This document shows positions 1 to 8,768 of a stretch of DNA of 36,616 bases, one piece after another. The position numbers were made by a program, and so were the translations under genes. How positions within the stretch are numbered: the stretch's first letter is position 1; every line of letters begins with the position of its first letter. Under the pieces are notes generated by a model. It saw nothing but the letters and a program-made list of their open reading frames with translations. It was not told where the DNA came from and did not search any database. The stretch covers positions 1 through 36,616 of the forward strand of contig JAFYTB010000078.1 of NCBI GenBank assembly GCA_017559045.1. The letters are read 5' to 3'. This DNA comes from Eggerthellaceae bacterium. GTDB lineage: Bacteria > Actinomycetota > Coriobacteriia > Coriobacteriales > Eggerthellaceae.

Positions 1-834
1 CTGCAGGCCGTGCACAAGGAGCGCGCGACCGCCCTCTACGGCGTGCCGACCATGTACATCGCCGAGCTCAACCACCCCGACTTCGAGAGCTACGACCTCT
101 CGAGCCTGCGCACCGGCATCATGGCCGGCGCCTCCTGCCCGCCCGACCTCATGCGCGAGGTCATGGAGAGGATGAACATGCGCGAGATCACGATCTGCTA
201 CGGCCTCACCGAGGCCAGCCCCGTGTTCACGCAGACCTCCGTCGACGACGACGTCGAGCACAAGTGCGAGACGGTGGGCCGCAGGCACCCGCCCGTGGAC
301 GTGCGCGTGGTCTCGCCCGACGACGGCCACATCTGCGCCCCCGGCGAGCACGGCGAGCTGTGCGTCAGGGGCTACAACGTCATGAAGGGCTACTACAAGA
401 TGCCCGAGGAGACGGCGCGCGCCATCGACGAGGACGGCTACCTGCACTCCGGGGACCTCGGCACGGTCGACGAGGACGGCTACTACCGCGTCACCGGCCG
501 CATCAAGGACATGATCATCCGCGGCGGCGAGAACATCTACCCGCTGGAGCTGGAGAACTTCCTCATGGGCATGCCCGAGATCCTCGACGCCCAGGTCGTG
601 GGCGCCCCGGACGAGAGGTACGGCGAGATCGTGGTCGCGTTCGTGCGCGTCCACCCCGGCCACGAGGACCTCACCGAGGACGACGTGCGCGAGTGGGCCA
701 TCCCGCGCATCGCGCGCTACAAGGTGCCCAAGCGCGTCTTCATCGTCGACGACTTCCCGATGACGCCGTCCATGAAGATCCAGAAGTTCAAGCTGCGCCA
801 GATGGCGGACGAGCTGGTCAACGGGTCCAAATAG
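1..834 (+). CDS. AMP-dependent acyl-CoA synthetase/ligase, C-terminal part (5' end lies outside the window)
   Basis: Frame 1 is open from nt 1 (ORF track 10..834). The translation has ANL-superfamily C-terminal hallmarks: [40 protein letters not shown], and [19 protein letters not shown] hand count of a sampled 60-nt line gives about 67% G+C, well above the DNA downstream of the stop. Confidence 0.85.
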   Translation: MQAVHKERATALYGVPTMYIAELNHPDFESYDLSSLRTGIMAGASCPPDLMREVMERMNMREITICYGLTEASPVFTQTSVDDDVEHKCETVGRRHPPVDVRVVSPDDGHICAPGEHGELCVRGYNVMKGYYKMPEETARAIDEDGYLHSGDLGTVDEDGYYRVTGRIKDMIIRGGENIYPLELENFLMGMPEILDAQVVGAPDERYGEIVVAFVRVHPGHEDLTEDDVREWAIPRIARYKVPKRVFIVDDFPMTPSMKIQKFKLRQMADELVNGSK

Positions 835-850
835 GGATTCGCTCTCCAAT

Positions 851-871
851 TTGTGTACAAATTGTGTACAA
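851..871. repeat. Two direct copies of TTGTGTACAA (851-860 and 862-871), 11-bp phase, each with the palindromic core TGTACA
   Basis: Read directly from the sequence: ttgtgtacaa a ttgtgtacaa. It lies 17 nt after the ligase stop codon. Confidence 0.6.
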
Positions 872-885
872 TCACTTTTCAAGTT

Positions 886-920
886 ACCCCACTGTGCAGT
901 GTTGCGGGTGGGGTTTTCTT
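886..920 (+). terminator. Possible intrinsic terminator of the upstream ligase gene
   Basis: accccac (886-892) pairs with gtggggt (908-914), followed by tttcttgg. The 15-nt loop is long, so the call is weak. Confidence 0.4.
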
Positions 921-987
921 GGATAGCTTGGGGCTCCCTCGCTATCGAAGGACTTAAGTTGTCGTAAAGAATGAGAAAGGGAAGGGT

Positions 988-2271
988 ATGTCTGAAGAAC
1001 TGCTCGCTACCGAAGAGCAAGCCTCTGGTAATACTCCGAAGCCTTGGTATAAGCGTTTCTCGCTTACCACCTGGATCTTCATTGCCTTGGTGCTCGGAGT
1101 TGTCGCAGGCTTGGCCTTGCAGGGTACGCCTGAGATCGCTGATACGTACATCAAGCCTCTCGGCACCATCTTCATGAACCTCATCAAGATGATCGTCGTT
1201 CCGCTGGTTATCTTCTCCATCATTGCGGGCGTTATTTCGCTCGAGGATGTTAAGAAGGTTGGCACCATCGGCGGCAAGACCATCGTGTTCTATCTTGCTA
1301 CCACTGCATTTGCTGTCACGCTCGGTATTCTCTTCGCCAATATCATGAATGTTGGCGCCAACTACGTGCTTCCTTCTAGCGCGCTTGAGTACGAAGCTGC
1401 TGCGGCTCCGTCCTTCATTGAGACCATCGTTAACATCTTCCCGTCGAACTTCGTCCAGCCCATGGCTAGCGCCACGATGCTTCAGGTTATCGTCATCGCT
1501 CTGTTCTTTGGCTTCGGTATCATCGGCGTTGGCAAGAAGGCTAAGCCCGTTGCCGACTTCGTGAACTCCATGTCCGACGTCTGCATCAAGATCATGCAGT
1601 ACATCATCGCCATCGCTCCGTTTGGCGTTTTCGGCCTCATCACTCCTGTTGTCGCCAACAATGGTCCGGACGTGCTTCTTCCGCTTCTGTGGCTCATCGT
1701 TGTCGCTTACGTCGCGATGATCATCCACATGGCGCTTGTCTACTCTGGCCTTATTAAGCTTGTTGCTCGTAAGAGCGTTCTCGGCTTCTTTAAGTCCATC
1801 GCTCCCGTTATGGGCTTCTCTTACGCATCTGCTTCTTCGGTTGGTACGCTTCCGCTGAACATGAACTGCACCGAGAAGAATGGCGTCTCCCGCGAGGTCA
1901 CTTCCTTCGTTCTTCCGCTCGGCGCTACCATCAACATGGACGGCACTGCAATCTATCAGGGTGTTTGCGCCATCTTTATTGCTCAGGTCTTCGGTATCGA
2001 CCTCACCATCGGCCAGCAGGTCACCATCGTCCTCACCGCTGTTCTCGCTTCTATCGGTACCGCTGGTGTTCCGGGTTCTGGCATGATCATGCTTGCCATG
2101 GTTCTCCAGTCCGTCGGTCTTCCGGTTGAGGGCATCGCACTCGTCGCTGGCGTCGACCGTATCCTCGACATGATGCGCACCGTCGTTAACGTGACTGGTG
2201 ACTCTTGCGTCGCAAACTGCGTTGATGCAGTCGAGAAGCGCAAGGAGATCAAGAAGGCTGCCGCTGCTTAA
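988..2271 (+). CDS. Dicarboxylate/amino acid:cation symporter (DAACS/SDF family, GltP/SstT-like)
   Basis: A 427-aa polytopic protein with DAACS-like segments (SSVGTLP, GATINMDGTA, AGVPGSG, DRILDMMRTVVNVTGD). An SD-like gggaaggg precedes the ATG. Confidence 0.85.
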   Translation: MSEELLATEEQASGNTPKPWYKRFSLTTWIFIALVLGVVAGLALQGTPEIADTYIKPLGTIFMNLIKMIVVPLVIFSIIAGVISLEDVKKVGTIGGKTIVFYLATTAFAVTLGILFANIMNVGANYVLPSSALEYEAAAAPSFIETIVNIFPSNFVQPMASATMLQVIVIALFFGFGIIGVGKKAKPVADFVNSMSDVCIKIMQYIIAIAPFGVFGLITPVVANNGPDVLLPLLWLIVVAYVAMIIHMALVYSGLIKLVARKSVLGFFKSIAPVMGFSYASASSVGTLPLNMNCTEKNGVSREVTSFVLPLGATINMDGTAIYQGVCAIFIAQVFGIDLTIGQQVTIVLTAVLASIGTAGVPGSGMIMLAMVLQSVGLPVEGIALVAGVDRILDMMRTVVNVTGDSCVANCVDAVEKRKEIKKAAAA

Positions 2272-2295
2272 GCGTCACTCTTTATGATTCCATTG

Positions 2296-2326
2296 GTTGG
2301 GCCCCTTTTGGGGCCCAACTTTTTTG
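2296..2326 (+). terminator. Rho-independent terminator after the symporter gene
   Basis: Perfect 10-bp GC-rich stem gttgggcccc (2296-2305) / ggggcccaac (2310-2319), tttt loop, then a tttttt tail. Confidence 0.8.
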
Positions 2327-2454
2327 GTTTGATCAGGGTTTTGTGGATGGATGTTTACGAAATCTCCACCATTGGAGCTCTGGTAATGCGTTCGCTTACG
2401 TGCTAAAATCTTTTCATCGTGTGCTTCGGCGCGCTCTATACTTTCGCATTTGAG

Positions 2455-2483
2455 GAAAGTGGGCTTAGTCCCGCTTTCTTTTT
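2455..2483 (+). promoter_or_regulatory. Terminator-like hairpin in the rimP-nusA-infB leader (candidate attenuator)
   Basis: gaaagtggg (2455-2463) pairs with cccgctttc (2470-2478) with one G-U pair, a 6-nt loop, then ttttt. It lies about 58 nt upstream of the rimP start. Confidence 0.45.
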
Positions 2484-2540
2484 ATGTTTGGGCAAAAACG
2501 CTTTCGAAGTACATAGTCGGCAGGATATTAAGGAGGATAT

Positions 2541-3011
2541 GTGCTCTCTGCCAAAGAACAGCAGCTGCTCGAAGCACTCGAGCCGCGCGCTTCCGAAGAG
2601 GGAGTGGAGATTGTCACCATCGAAGTGGTTGGCGCCAAGAAGGCTCCTACCATTCGTGTGTACATCGACACCGTCGAGGGTGTGAGCTTCGATGAGCTGT
2701 CTGCAGCTCAGTCTTGGATCAACGACATCATGGATGAACTCGATCCTTTCCCTGGAGCTTACATGCTCGAAGTTTCCTCTCCGGGCATCGATCGCCCGCT
2801 GCGTACGCTCGAGCATTTTGCTCAGTACGAAGGAGACACTGCGGTCATTAAGATGTCCTCCTCCGACACCGGTAGGAGCAATTGGACCGGAACCTTGGCA
2901 GGTGTTGACGGCGAGTCCGTTCTGCTTATGGTCGACGGACAGATCGAAACCCTGCCCATTAACAAGATCAAGCGTGCCCACATCAAGGGCGTAATCGATT
3001 TCAACGCATAG
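2541..3011 (+). CDS. rimP: Ribosome maturation factor RimP
   Basis: 156 aa with a GTG start 4 nt after aggagg. RimP-like sequence (VEIVTIEVVGAKKAPTIRVYID, LEVSSPGIDRPL) and the conserved position directly upstream of nusA. Confidence 0.85.
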   Translation: MLSAKEQQLLEALEPRASEEGVEIVTIEVVGAKKAPTIRVYIDTVEGVSFDELSAAQSWINDIMDELDPFPGAYMLEVSSPGIDRPLRTLEHFAQYEGDTAVIKMSSSDTGRSNWTGTLAGVDGESVLLMVDGQIETLPINKIKRAHIKGVIDFNA

Positions 3012-3026
3012 GAAAGGAAAGAAGAC

Positions 3027-4238
3027 GTGGCAACTTCTGAACTGATTGAGGCTTTGCAGCAGCTTGCGCATGAGCGTAAGGTTGACGAGTTCTATCTTAT
3101 CGAGCGCCTGGAGGCTTCTCTCGCTCGCAGCTATCAGCATATTCTTGACCTCGAGTGGGACGCACGCGTTACCATCGATCGTCAGACTGGTCATATCTAT
3201 GTTTACGAGCTCGTTCCGGTGGGTGAGCCCGATCCCGAGACCGGTGAGTACACTGAGTTTGAGGAGCGTGACGTTACCCCCGCTGACGTGAGCCGTATTG
3301 CTGCTCAGAATGCAAAGGGCGTTATCGCTAGCATCGTTCGCGAGGCTGGCCGTCAGTCCATTTACGAGGAGTTCAGCGGTCGTGTCGGCGACCTTGTGAC
3401 CGGCACCGTTCTTCAGGGCACCTCTGATTTCACCATCATCAAGATTCGCGAGGGCGTTGAGGCCGAGCTTCCTCACTACGACGTGAAGCGCACCGCTACC
3501 GAGCGTAACGAGCGCCCCGCAAACGAGCACTATCGCCACAACCAGCGCCTCAAGGTGCTGATCATCGAGGTTCGCGACCCCAACTCCGACGCACCTCGTA
3601 TGCGCGGTGAGCAGGCACGTCCTTCCATCGTTGTTTCCCGTACTCATCCTGATCTCATCCGTCGACTCTTCGAGATCGAGGTTCCCGAGATCTATGACGG
3701 CATGGTTGATATTAAGTCCATTGCTCGTGAGCCTGGCGCACGTTCCAAGGTTGCCGTTGCTTCCCGCGAGGCAAATCTGGATCCCGTGGGCGCATGCGTT
3801 GGCCCGAAGGGCTCTCGTGTCCGCATGGTCGTCGAGGAGCTTCGCAACGAGCGCGTCGATGTCATTCAGTGGGATGAGAACCCGGCGGTCTATGTCGCCA
3901 ATGCTCTCTCCCCGGCTAAGGTTTCCCATGTTCTCATCGACGAGGCAAATCACTATGCAACCGTCGTTGTTCCCGACGATCAGCTCTCCCTCGCCATTGG
4001 CAAGGAAGGCCAGAACGCACGTCTTGCTGCACGCCTCACTGGCTGGCACATCGACATCAAGAGCGCGAGCTTCGCAGGTTCCGCTGCTGCTCCGAAGAAT
4101 GTTCTCATCGACGAGGAAGAGGATTTCGATGACGATTTCGGCTTCTGCGTCTATGAGGGCGATGACGGCAACCGCTGCCGCAACCATGCACGTCCCGGCA
4201 GCCGTTACTGCGGCATTCATGCCGACTTCGAGGACTAA
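3027..4238 (+). CDS. nusA: Transcription termination/antitermination factor NusA, with an extra acidic linker and Cys/His tail
   Basis: 403 aa with an N-terminal NusA domain, an S1-like segment (GDLVTGTV) and two KH GxxG motifs (GPKGSRV, GKEGQNARLA). Conserved rimP-nusA-ylxR-infB context. Confidence 0.92.
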   Translation: MATSELIEALQQLAHERKVDEFYLIERLEASLARSYQHILDLEWDARVTIDRQTGHIYVYELVPVGEPDPETGEYTEFEERDVTPADVSRIAAQNAKGVIASIVREAGRQSIYEEFSGRVGDLVTGTVLQGTSDFTIIKIREGVEAELPHYDVKRTATERNERPANEHYRHNQRLKVLIIEVRDPNSDAPRMRGEQARPSIVVSRTHPDLIRRLFEIEVPEIYDGMVDIKSIAREPGARSKVAVASREANLDPVGACVGPKGSRVRMVVEELRNERVDVIQWDENPAVYVANALSPAKVSHVLIDEANHYATVVVPDDQLSLAIGKEGQNARLAARLTGWHIDIKSASFAGSAAAPKNVLIDEEEDFDDDFGFCVYEGDDGNRCRNHARPGSRYCGIHADFED

Positions 4239-4261
4239 ATCGTATTAGGCAGGTTCGTCAA

Positions 4262-4546
4262 TTGACGCAGGAAAGAAACATACGTCAGAGGAGCTGCATC
4301 GGATGCGGCTTGCATGAGGCGAAGGATCAGCTTCACCGCATTGTGCGCGATCCTCGGGGGTCGGTTTCCTTTGACGGAACTGGTCGAAAGGCTGGGCGTG
4401 GCGCCTATGTGTGCTCCGCCGCATGCCTCGCTAAGGCCGGTAAGACCAAGAAGCTCGACCGTGCGCTTCGCACGCGTGTGAGCAGTGAAGATTTTGAACG
4501 TATTGCGGGCGAGATCGCCTGCGTCAACGACGCGACCGATCGTTAA
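4262..4546 (+). CDS. ylxR: YlxR/RnpM (DUF448) family RNA-binding protein
   Basis: 94 aa with RSCIGCG...L.R and GRGAYVC motifs typical of YlxR, in the canonical position between nusA and infB. The inferred TTG start is uncertain. Confidence 0.8.
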   Translation: MTQERNIRQRSCIGCGLHEAKDQLHRIVRDPRGSVSFDGTGRKAGRGAYVCSAACLAKAGKTKKLDRALRTRVSSEDFERIAGEIACVNDATDR

Positions 4547-4561
4547 TAGAAGGAGCGGTGT

Positions 4562-7387
4562 ATGGGTAGCATGCGCGTACAGGAGCTAGCAAAAGAATTC
4601 AATATGTCGAGCAAGGATCTGCTCGATCGTATTCGTGATATGAAGATCCCGGCAAAGTCTCATGCAAGCATTCTCTCTGATGCTCATGTAGACGCCATTC
4701 GTAAGAACCTCGAGCCTGCTATTAAGCAGCGCGCAGGTCGGCTTGAGGCTGAGGAGGCAGCCGCTCTTGCTGCTGAGCAGGAGAAGGCTGAGCAGGAGAA
4801 GGCTGAGGCAGAGGCTGCACGTCGTGCTGCCGTTGAGAAGGAGCTCGCTGAGCGTGAGGCAGCTCGTGCCGCACGCGGTGGCGACCGTGTTGAGGCTGTG
4901 GCTGCTGAGCCCGAGGCTAAGCCTGCTGTTAAGAAGGCACCTGTGAGCAGTTCTTTCGAGAGCCTTGCTAACCAGATTGAGGCTGAGAAGCAGCGCGTTG
5001 AGCGTGAGCGCGCTGAGGCTCAGGCACGCAAGCGCGCCGAGAAGGCCGCTGCTGAGGTTGCTAAGAAGCAGGCTGTCGAAGAGGCTCTTCGCAGCAGGGG
5101 CGGCAAGAAGGCTGCTCCCGCAGCTCAGGCAGAGAAGCCTGCAGCAAACAAGGGCGCTGCTCCTGTGAGCACTGCTCGTAAGGCTTCCAACTTCAGCTCT
5201 CTGCTTTCCCAGATCGAGTCCGAGAAGCAGCGCATGGAAGCTCAGCGCAATGCTTCTGCTGCAGAGCCCGCACAGGCAAAGAAGGCTCCTGCTGGTCAGG
5301 GCGATGCACGTCCCGCAAAGAAGGGTCGTAATCAGCAGCAGGCTCAGCAGCCTCAGGCTCAGGGCGGCAAGAAGGGCAAGAAGAACGCTGTTCAGTATGT
5401 TCCCGAGCTCGAGATCCAGACTGAGGTCGAAGAGGATCGCTATGCTCAGATGGCCGTTCAGGCTGAGAAGCTTCAGCGCGACAAGGTTCTCGCAGAGGCT
5501 CGTGCTGCTGTTGCAGCTGCAAGCAATCACGAGGGCGAGGGTCGTCGTAAGAAGCGCAAGGAGAAGCGTGAGGCAGAGGCTCGCGAGCGTGCCGAGCTCG
5601 AGGCTATTGAGAAGGGTCTCGACCCGAGCCTCGTTCTCGATGACTCTGTTGTCGAGATTCCCCAGGGCGCTACGGTTGCTAAGTTCGCTGAGATTCTCGG
5701 CGTTCAGCCTAACGACGTCATCAAGCGTCTCTTCATGCTTGGCCAGATTATGACCCTGACTCAGTCTATGGCTGACGACATGATTGAGCTTATCGCTGAC
5801 GATATGGGCCGCAAGGTGCGCGTCGTTTCCCCCGAGGAAGAGTACGCTGTCGTCTACAACGACTCTGAGGACGATCTTAAGCCCCGTCCTCCGGTAGTTA
5901 CCGTCATGGGTCATGTTGACCACGGTAAGACTTCGCTTCTTGACGCTATTCGTCATACCGGCGTTGCTTCTACCGAGGCCGGCGGCATTACCCAGCATAT
6001 CGGTGCATCTGTCGTCAACATCGATGGCCGTCAGATCACCTTCATCGATACCCCTGGTCACGAGGCATTTACCGCAATGCGCGCTCGTGGTGCACAGGTT
6101 ACCGACGTTATCGTTCTCGTTGTCGCTGCTGACGACGGCGTTATGCCCCAGACCGTTGAGGCTATCAACCATGCTAAGGCTGCTAACGTGCCGATCGTCG
6201 TTGCGGTGAACAAGATCGATAAGGCTGGCGCTAACCCGGATCGTGTCCGTCAGGAGCTCGTCGAGCATGGCGTTATCCCCGAGGAGTGGGGCGGCCAGAA
6301 CATGTTCGTCGAGGTTTCCGCTAAGAAGAGGCTCTATATTGAGGACCTCATGGAGACCATCCTCCTGCAGGCTGACGTGCTCGAGCTTAAGGCTAACCCC
6401 GATGCGCTTGCCTCCGGCTTCGTTATCGAGTCTAACCTTGACAAGGGTCGTGGCCCTGTTGCCACCGTCCTCGTTCAGCGCGGCACCCTGAAGACCGGCG
6501 ACGTTCTGGTTGCTGGTACCTCTTATGGTCGCGTTCGTGCGCTCGTTAACCCGCGCGGTGAGCATGTCTCCACTGCTTATCCGGCAGATCCGGTTGAGAT
6601 CCTCGGCCTCTCCTCCGTCCCGACTGCAGGCGACGAGTTCCGCGTCTTCGAGGACGAGCGCGATGCTCGTAAGCTCGCAGAAGAGCGTGCGCTTCGTGCT
6701 CGCCTGGCAGAGCAGGAGACCAAGTCTCATATGAGCCTTGACGACCTGTTCAGCCGTATCGAGGAGGGCAAGCAGACCGACCTGAACCTCATCGTTAAGG
6801 CTGACGTTCAGGGCTCCATCGAGGCTCTGCGTGACGCCTTCAGCAAGATGGATCAGTCTGAGGTTCGCATCAACATCGTTCATGCTGCTGTTGGTGGCAT
6901 TACCGAGACTGACGTTACCCTCGCAGCCGCATCTGACGCTATCATCATCGGCTTCAATGTCCGCCCGACTGGTAAGTCCAAGCAGCAGGCAGAGAAGGAA
7001 AAGGTCGACCTTCGTCTGTATCGCATCATCTACCAGGCAATCGAGGAGATTAACGCCGCTCGTATCGGCCTTCTGTCTCCCGATATCGTCGAGGTTGACA
7101 CCGGTATCGCTGAGGTTCGTGAGACCTTTAAGGTTCCGAAGGTTGGCACCATTGCTGGTTGCTACATCATCGAGGGTGAGATTCACCGCGACGACAAGGT
7201 CCGCATCGTTCGCGATGGTAAGGTCATCTTCGAGGGCTCCATGGCATCCCTGCGTCGCTTCAAGGACGACGTCAAGCTTGTCAAGCAGGGTTACGAGTGT
7301 GGTATCGGCATCGAGAAGTTCCAGGACCTCAAGATTGGTGACACCATCGAGGGCTACACCATTAAGGAAATTGAAAGGACTGCCTAG
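4562..7387 (+). CDS. infB: Translation initiation factor IF-2
   Basis: 941 aa. The N-terminal region is low-complexity and rich in Ala/Glu/Lys. The GTPase core is present ([28 protein letters not shown]), followed by C-terminal IF-2 domains. aggag lies 7 nt before the ATG. Confidence 0.96.
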   Translation: MGSMRVQELAKEFNMSSKDLLDRIRDMKIPAKSHASILSDAHVDAIRKNLEPAIKQRAGRLEAEEAAALAAEQEKAEQEKAEAEAARRAAVEKELAEREAARAARGGDRVEAVAAEPEAKPAVKKAPVSSSFESLANQIEAEKQRVERERAEAQARKRAEKAAAEVAKKQAVEEALRSRGGKKAAPAAQAEKPAANKGAAPVSTARKASNFSSLLSQIESEKQRMEAQRNASAAEPAQAKKAPAGQGDARPAKKGRNQQQAQQPQAQGGKKGKKNAVQYVPELEIQTEVEEDRYAQMAVQAEKLQRDKVLAEARAAVAAASNHEGEGRRKKRKEKREAEARERAELEAIEKGLDPSLVLDDSVVEIPQGATVAKFAEILGVQPNDVIKRLFMLGQIMTLTQSMADDMIELIADDMGRKVRVVSPEEEYAVVYNDSEDDLKPRPPVVTVMGHVDHGKTSLLDAIRHTGVASTEAGGITQHIGASVVNIDGRQITFIDTPGHEAFTAMRARGAQVTDVIVLVVAADDGVMPQTVEAINHAKAANVPIVVAVNKIDKAGANPDRVRQELVEHGVIPEEWGGQNMFVEVSAKKRLYIEDLMETILLQADVLELKANPDALASGFVIESNLDKGRGPVATVLVQRGTLKTGDVLVAGTSYGRVRALVNPRGEHVSTAYPADPVEILGLSSVPTAGDEFRVFEDERDARKLAEERALRARLAEQETKSHMSLDDLFSRIEEGKQTDLNLIVKADVQGSIEALRDAFSKMDQSEVRINIVHAAVGGITETDVTLAAASDAIIIGFNVRPTGKSKQQAEKEKVDLRLYRIIYQAIEEINAARIGLLSPDIVEVDTGIAEVRETFKVPKVGTIAGCYIIEGEIHRDDKVRIVRDGKVIFEGSMASLRRFKDDVKLVKQGYECGIGIEKFQDLKIGDTIEGYTIKEIERTA

Positions 7388-7767
7388 TGAAGCAGACTTC
7401 CGCAAATAGAAGAGTTAACGAGCAGGCGCGCGAGGTTATCGCAAGCATTCTTCTCTTCGAGATTTCTGATCCGCGACTGAACCTGGTTACCATCACCGGT
7501 TGCGAGGTCAGCTTCGATCGCGCTGCTTGTAACGTGTACTACAGCACCGAGCCCGAGCGCTATGCCGAAGTTGAGGCTGCGTTCAAGAAGGCATCTGGTC
7601 GAATCCGTTCGCTTATGGCACGCCAGCTCTCCTGGCGTGTCGCACCCGAGCTGCGCTTCCACCTTGATCGCTCGGTTGATGTTGCCGAGGGTATCGCGAG
7701 CGCTCTTGTTCGCGATCGTGATCGCAACCTCGATTCCATGGCCAAGAACGTCGATTTCGAGGCATAA
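7387..7767 (+). CDS. rbfA: Ribosome-binding factor A
   Basis: 126 aa. The GTG start overlaps the infB stop by 1 nt. RbfA-like sequence (RVNEQAREVIASIL..DPRL..VTITGCEVS.D...A.VYY). Confidence 0.9.
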   Translation: MKQTSANRRVNEQAREVIASILLFEISDPRLNLVTITGCEVSFDRAACNVYYSTEPERYAEVEAAFKKASGRIRSLMARQLSWRVAPELRFHLDRSVDVAEGIASALVRDRDRNLDSMAKNVDFEA

Positions 7768-7769
7768 AT

Positions 7770-8768
7770 ATGGCGGTAACCGCTCATACAAATACCAACT
7801 TGCATGAGATAGCTGCGCTGCTCAAGGAGCCGCGCAGCTTCGCCATTTGCGGTCATATCGGTCCTGATGGTGATTGTCTGGGTTCCGAGCTTGCGCTTGC
7901 TGAGGCGCTGCGCCTTCTGGGCAAAGAGGTGTATACCCTTATTCCCAGGGATGAGCAGCTTGATCCTGCATTTGCCTTCATGAAGGGATTCGATCAACTG
8001 ATCCCTGCTTCTCATTTCGAGAGCTCGGTCGATTCATTCATTACGGTTGATGTTCCTTCTCGTGAGCGTATGGCTGATGCTGTACGCGTGCTTGATTCCG
8101 CTGATCTCACCATCACTATCGACCATCATTCTGCATTCGATCGTGTTGGCGAATATACCTATGCAGATCCTGGTGTTGCTTCTACCACTATGCTGATCTG
8201 GAGTTTGATTTCCGAGCTCGGGGTTGAGCCTACGTCGGATATCGCTACGTGCTGCTATGCCGGTCTTATGACCGATACCGGCCGTTTCCAGTATCAGAAT
8301 GCCGATGCGGCTGCATTTTCTGCTGCTGCGCAAATGGTTGAGGCTGGTGCTCGAGCTGACGAGATTTCCAAGGCTGTGTATCAGCGCAGGTCATTGGCTT
8401 CTGTCTTGCTTGAGGCTCGCGCCATCGATCATCTTGTTCTCTCCGATGAAGGCACCTGGGCGCTGACCTATCTTACGAAGGCTGACTTCTCTGATTGCGG
8501 TGCCGTGAAAGCCGATGGAGAACCCATCATCGATATCATTCGCTCGGTTGAGGGACTGCGTGTTGCTTGCGTCTTGCGAGAGCAAGACGACATTATTCGA
8601 GGCAGCTTCCGTGCTAAGGACGATACCGATGTCGCTGCTATCGCTCGTGATTATGAGGGCGGCGGCCATAAGGCTGCGGCAGGTTTCACCTTTCATTGCG
8701 GTATGCAGGAGGCGATTTCCCTTATCACCGATCGCCTGAATTCAGAATTGGCGGTGCATCATGGCTAA
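7770..8768 (+). CDS. nrnA: DHH/DHHA1 phosphoesterase (NrnA/CnpB-like nanoRNase / pAp phosphatase)
   Basis: 332 aa with DHH-family motifs (GHIGPDGDCLGS, TIDHH, DTGRF) and the DHHA1 GGGH motif (YEGGGHKAAAGF). Sits after rbfA, as in actinobacteria. Confidence 0.82.
   Translation: MAVTAHTNTNLHEIAALLKEPRSFAICGHIGPDGDCLGSELALAEALRLLGKEVYTLIPRDEQLDPAFAFMKGFDQLIPASHFESSVDSFITVDVPSRERMADAVRVLDSADLTITIDHHSAFDRVGEYTYADPGVASTTMLIWSLISELGVEPTSDIATCCYAGLMTDTGRFQYQNADAAAFSAAAQMVEAGARADEISKAVYQRRSLASVLLEARAIDHLVLSDEGTWALTYLTKADFSDCGAVKADGEPIIDIIRSVEGLRVACVLREQDDIIRGSFRAKDDTDVAAIARDYEGGGHKAAAGFTFHCGMQEAISLITDRLNSELAVHHG

Noticed and set aside
264-926. Arg/Pro/Gly-rich alternative-frame + strand ORFs in the high-GC blocks: 264-926, 28408-29067, 29287-29643 and 28110-28310.
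   Set aside because: These are typical out-of-frame open frames of GC3-saturated DNA. They overlap well-supported ligase and OFOR reading frames and encode RRRPRG-type low-complexity strings.
2404-2409. TAAAAT -10-like hexamers preceded by gc, at 2404-2409 (rimP leader) and 13672-13677 (upstream of the LuxR gene), and a consensus TTGACA at 36136-36141.
   Set aside because: I could not pair any of them with a partner hexamer at 16-18 bp spacing. They are therefore not reported as promoters, only as places to look once transcription start data exist.
4586-7405. A 939-aa minus-strand ORF antisense to infB. Similar ORFs occur at 2436-4220, 10861-13026, 21258-23510, 23758-25989, 27022-28329 and 30278-31831.
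   Set aside because: They are codon-aligned reverse complements of genes with unmistakable conserved motifs on the + strand. Their translations are low-complexity (Leu/Ser/Ala/Asn-rich) with no recognisable domains. Their openness is explained by the absence of TTA/CTA/TCA sense codons.
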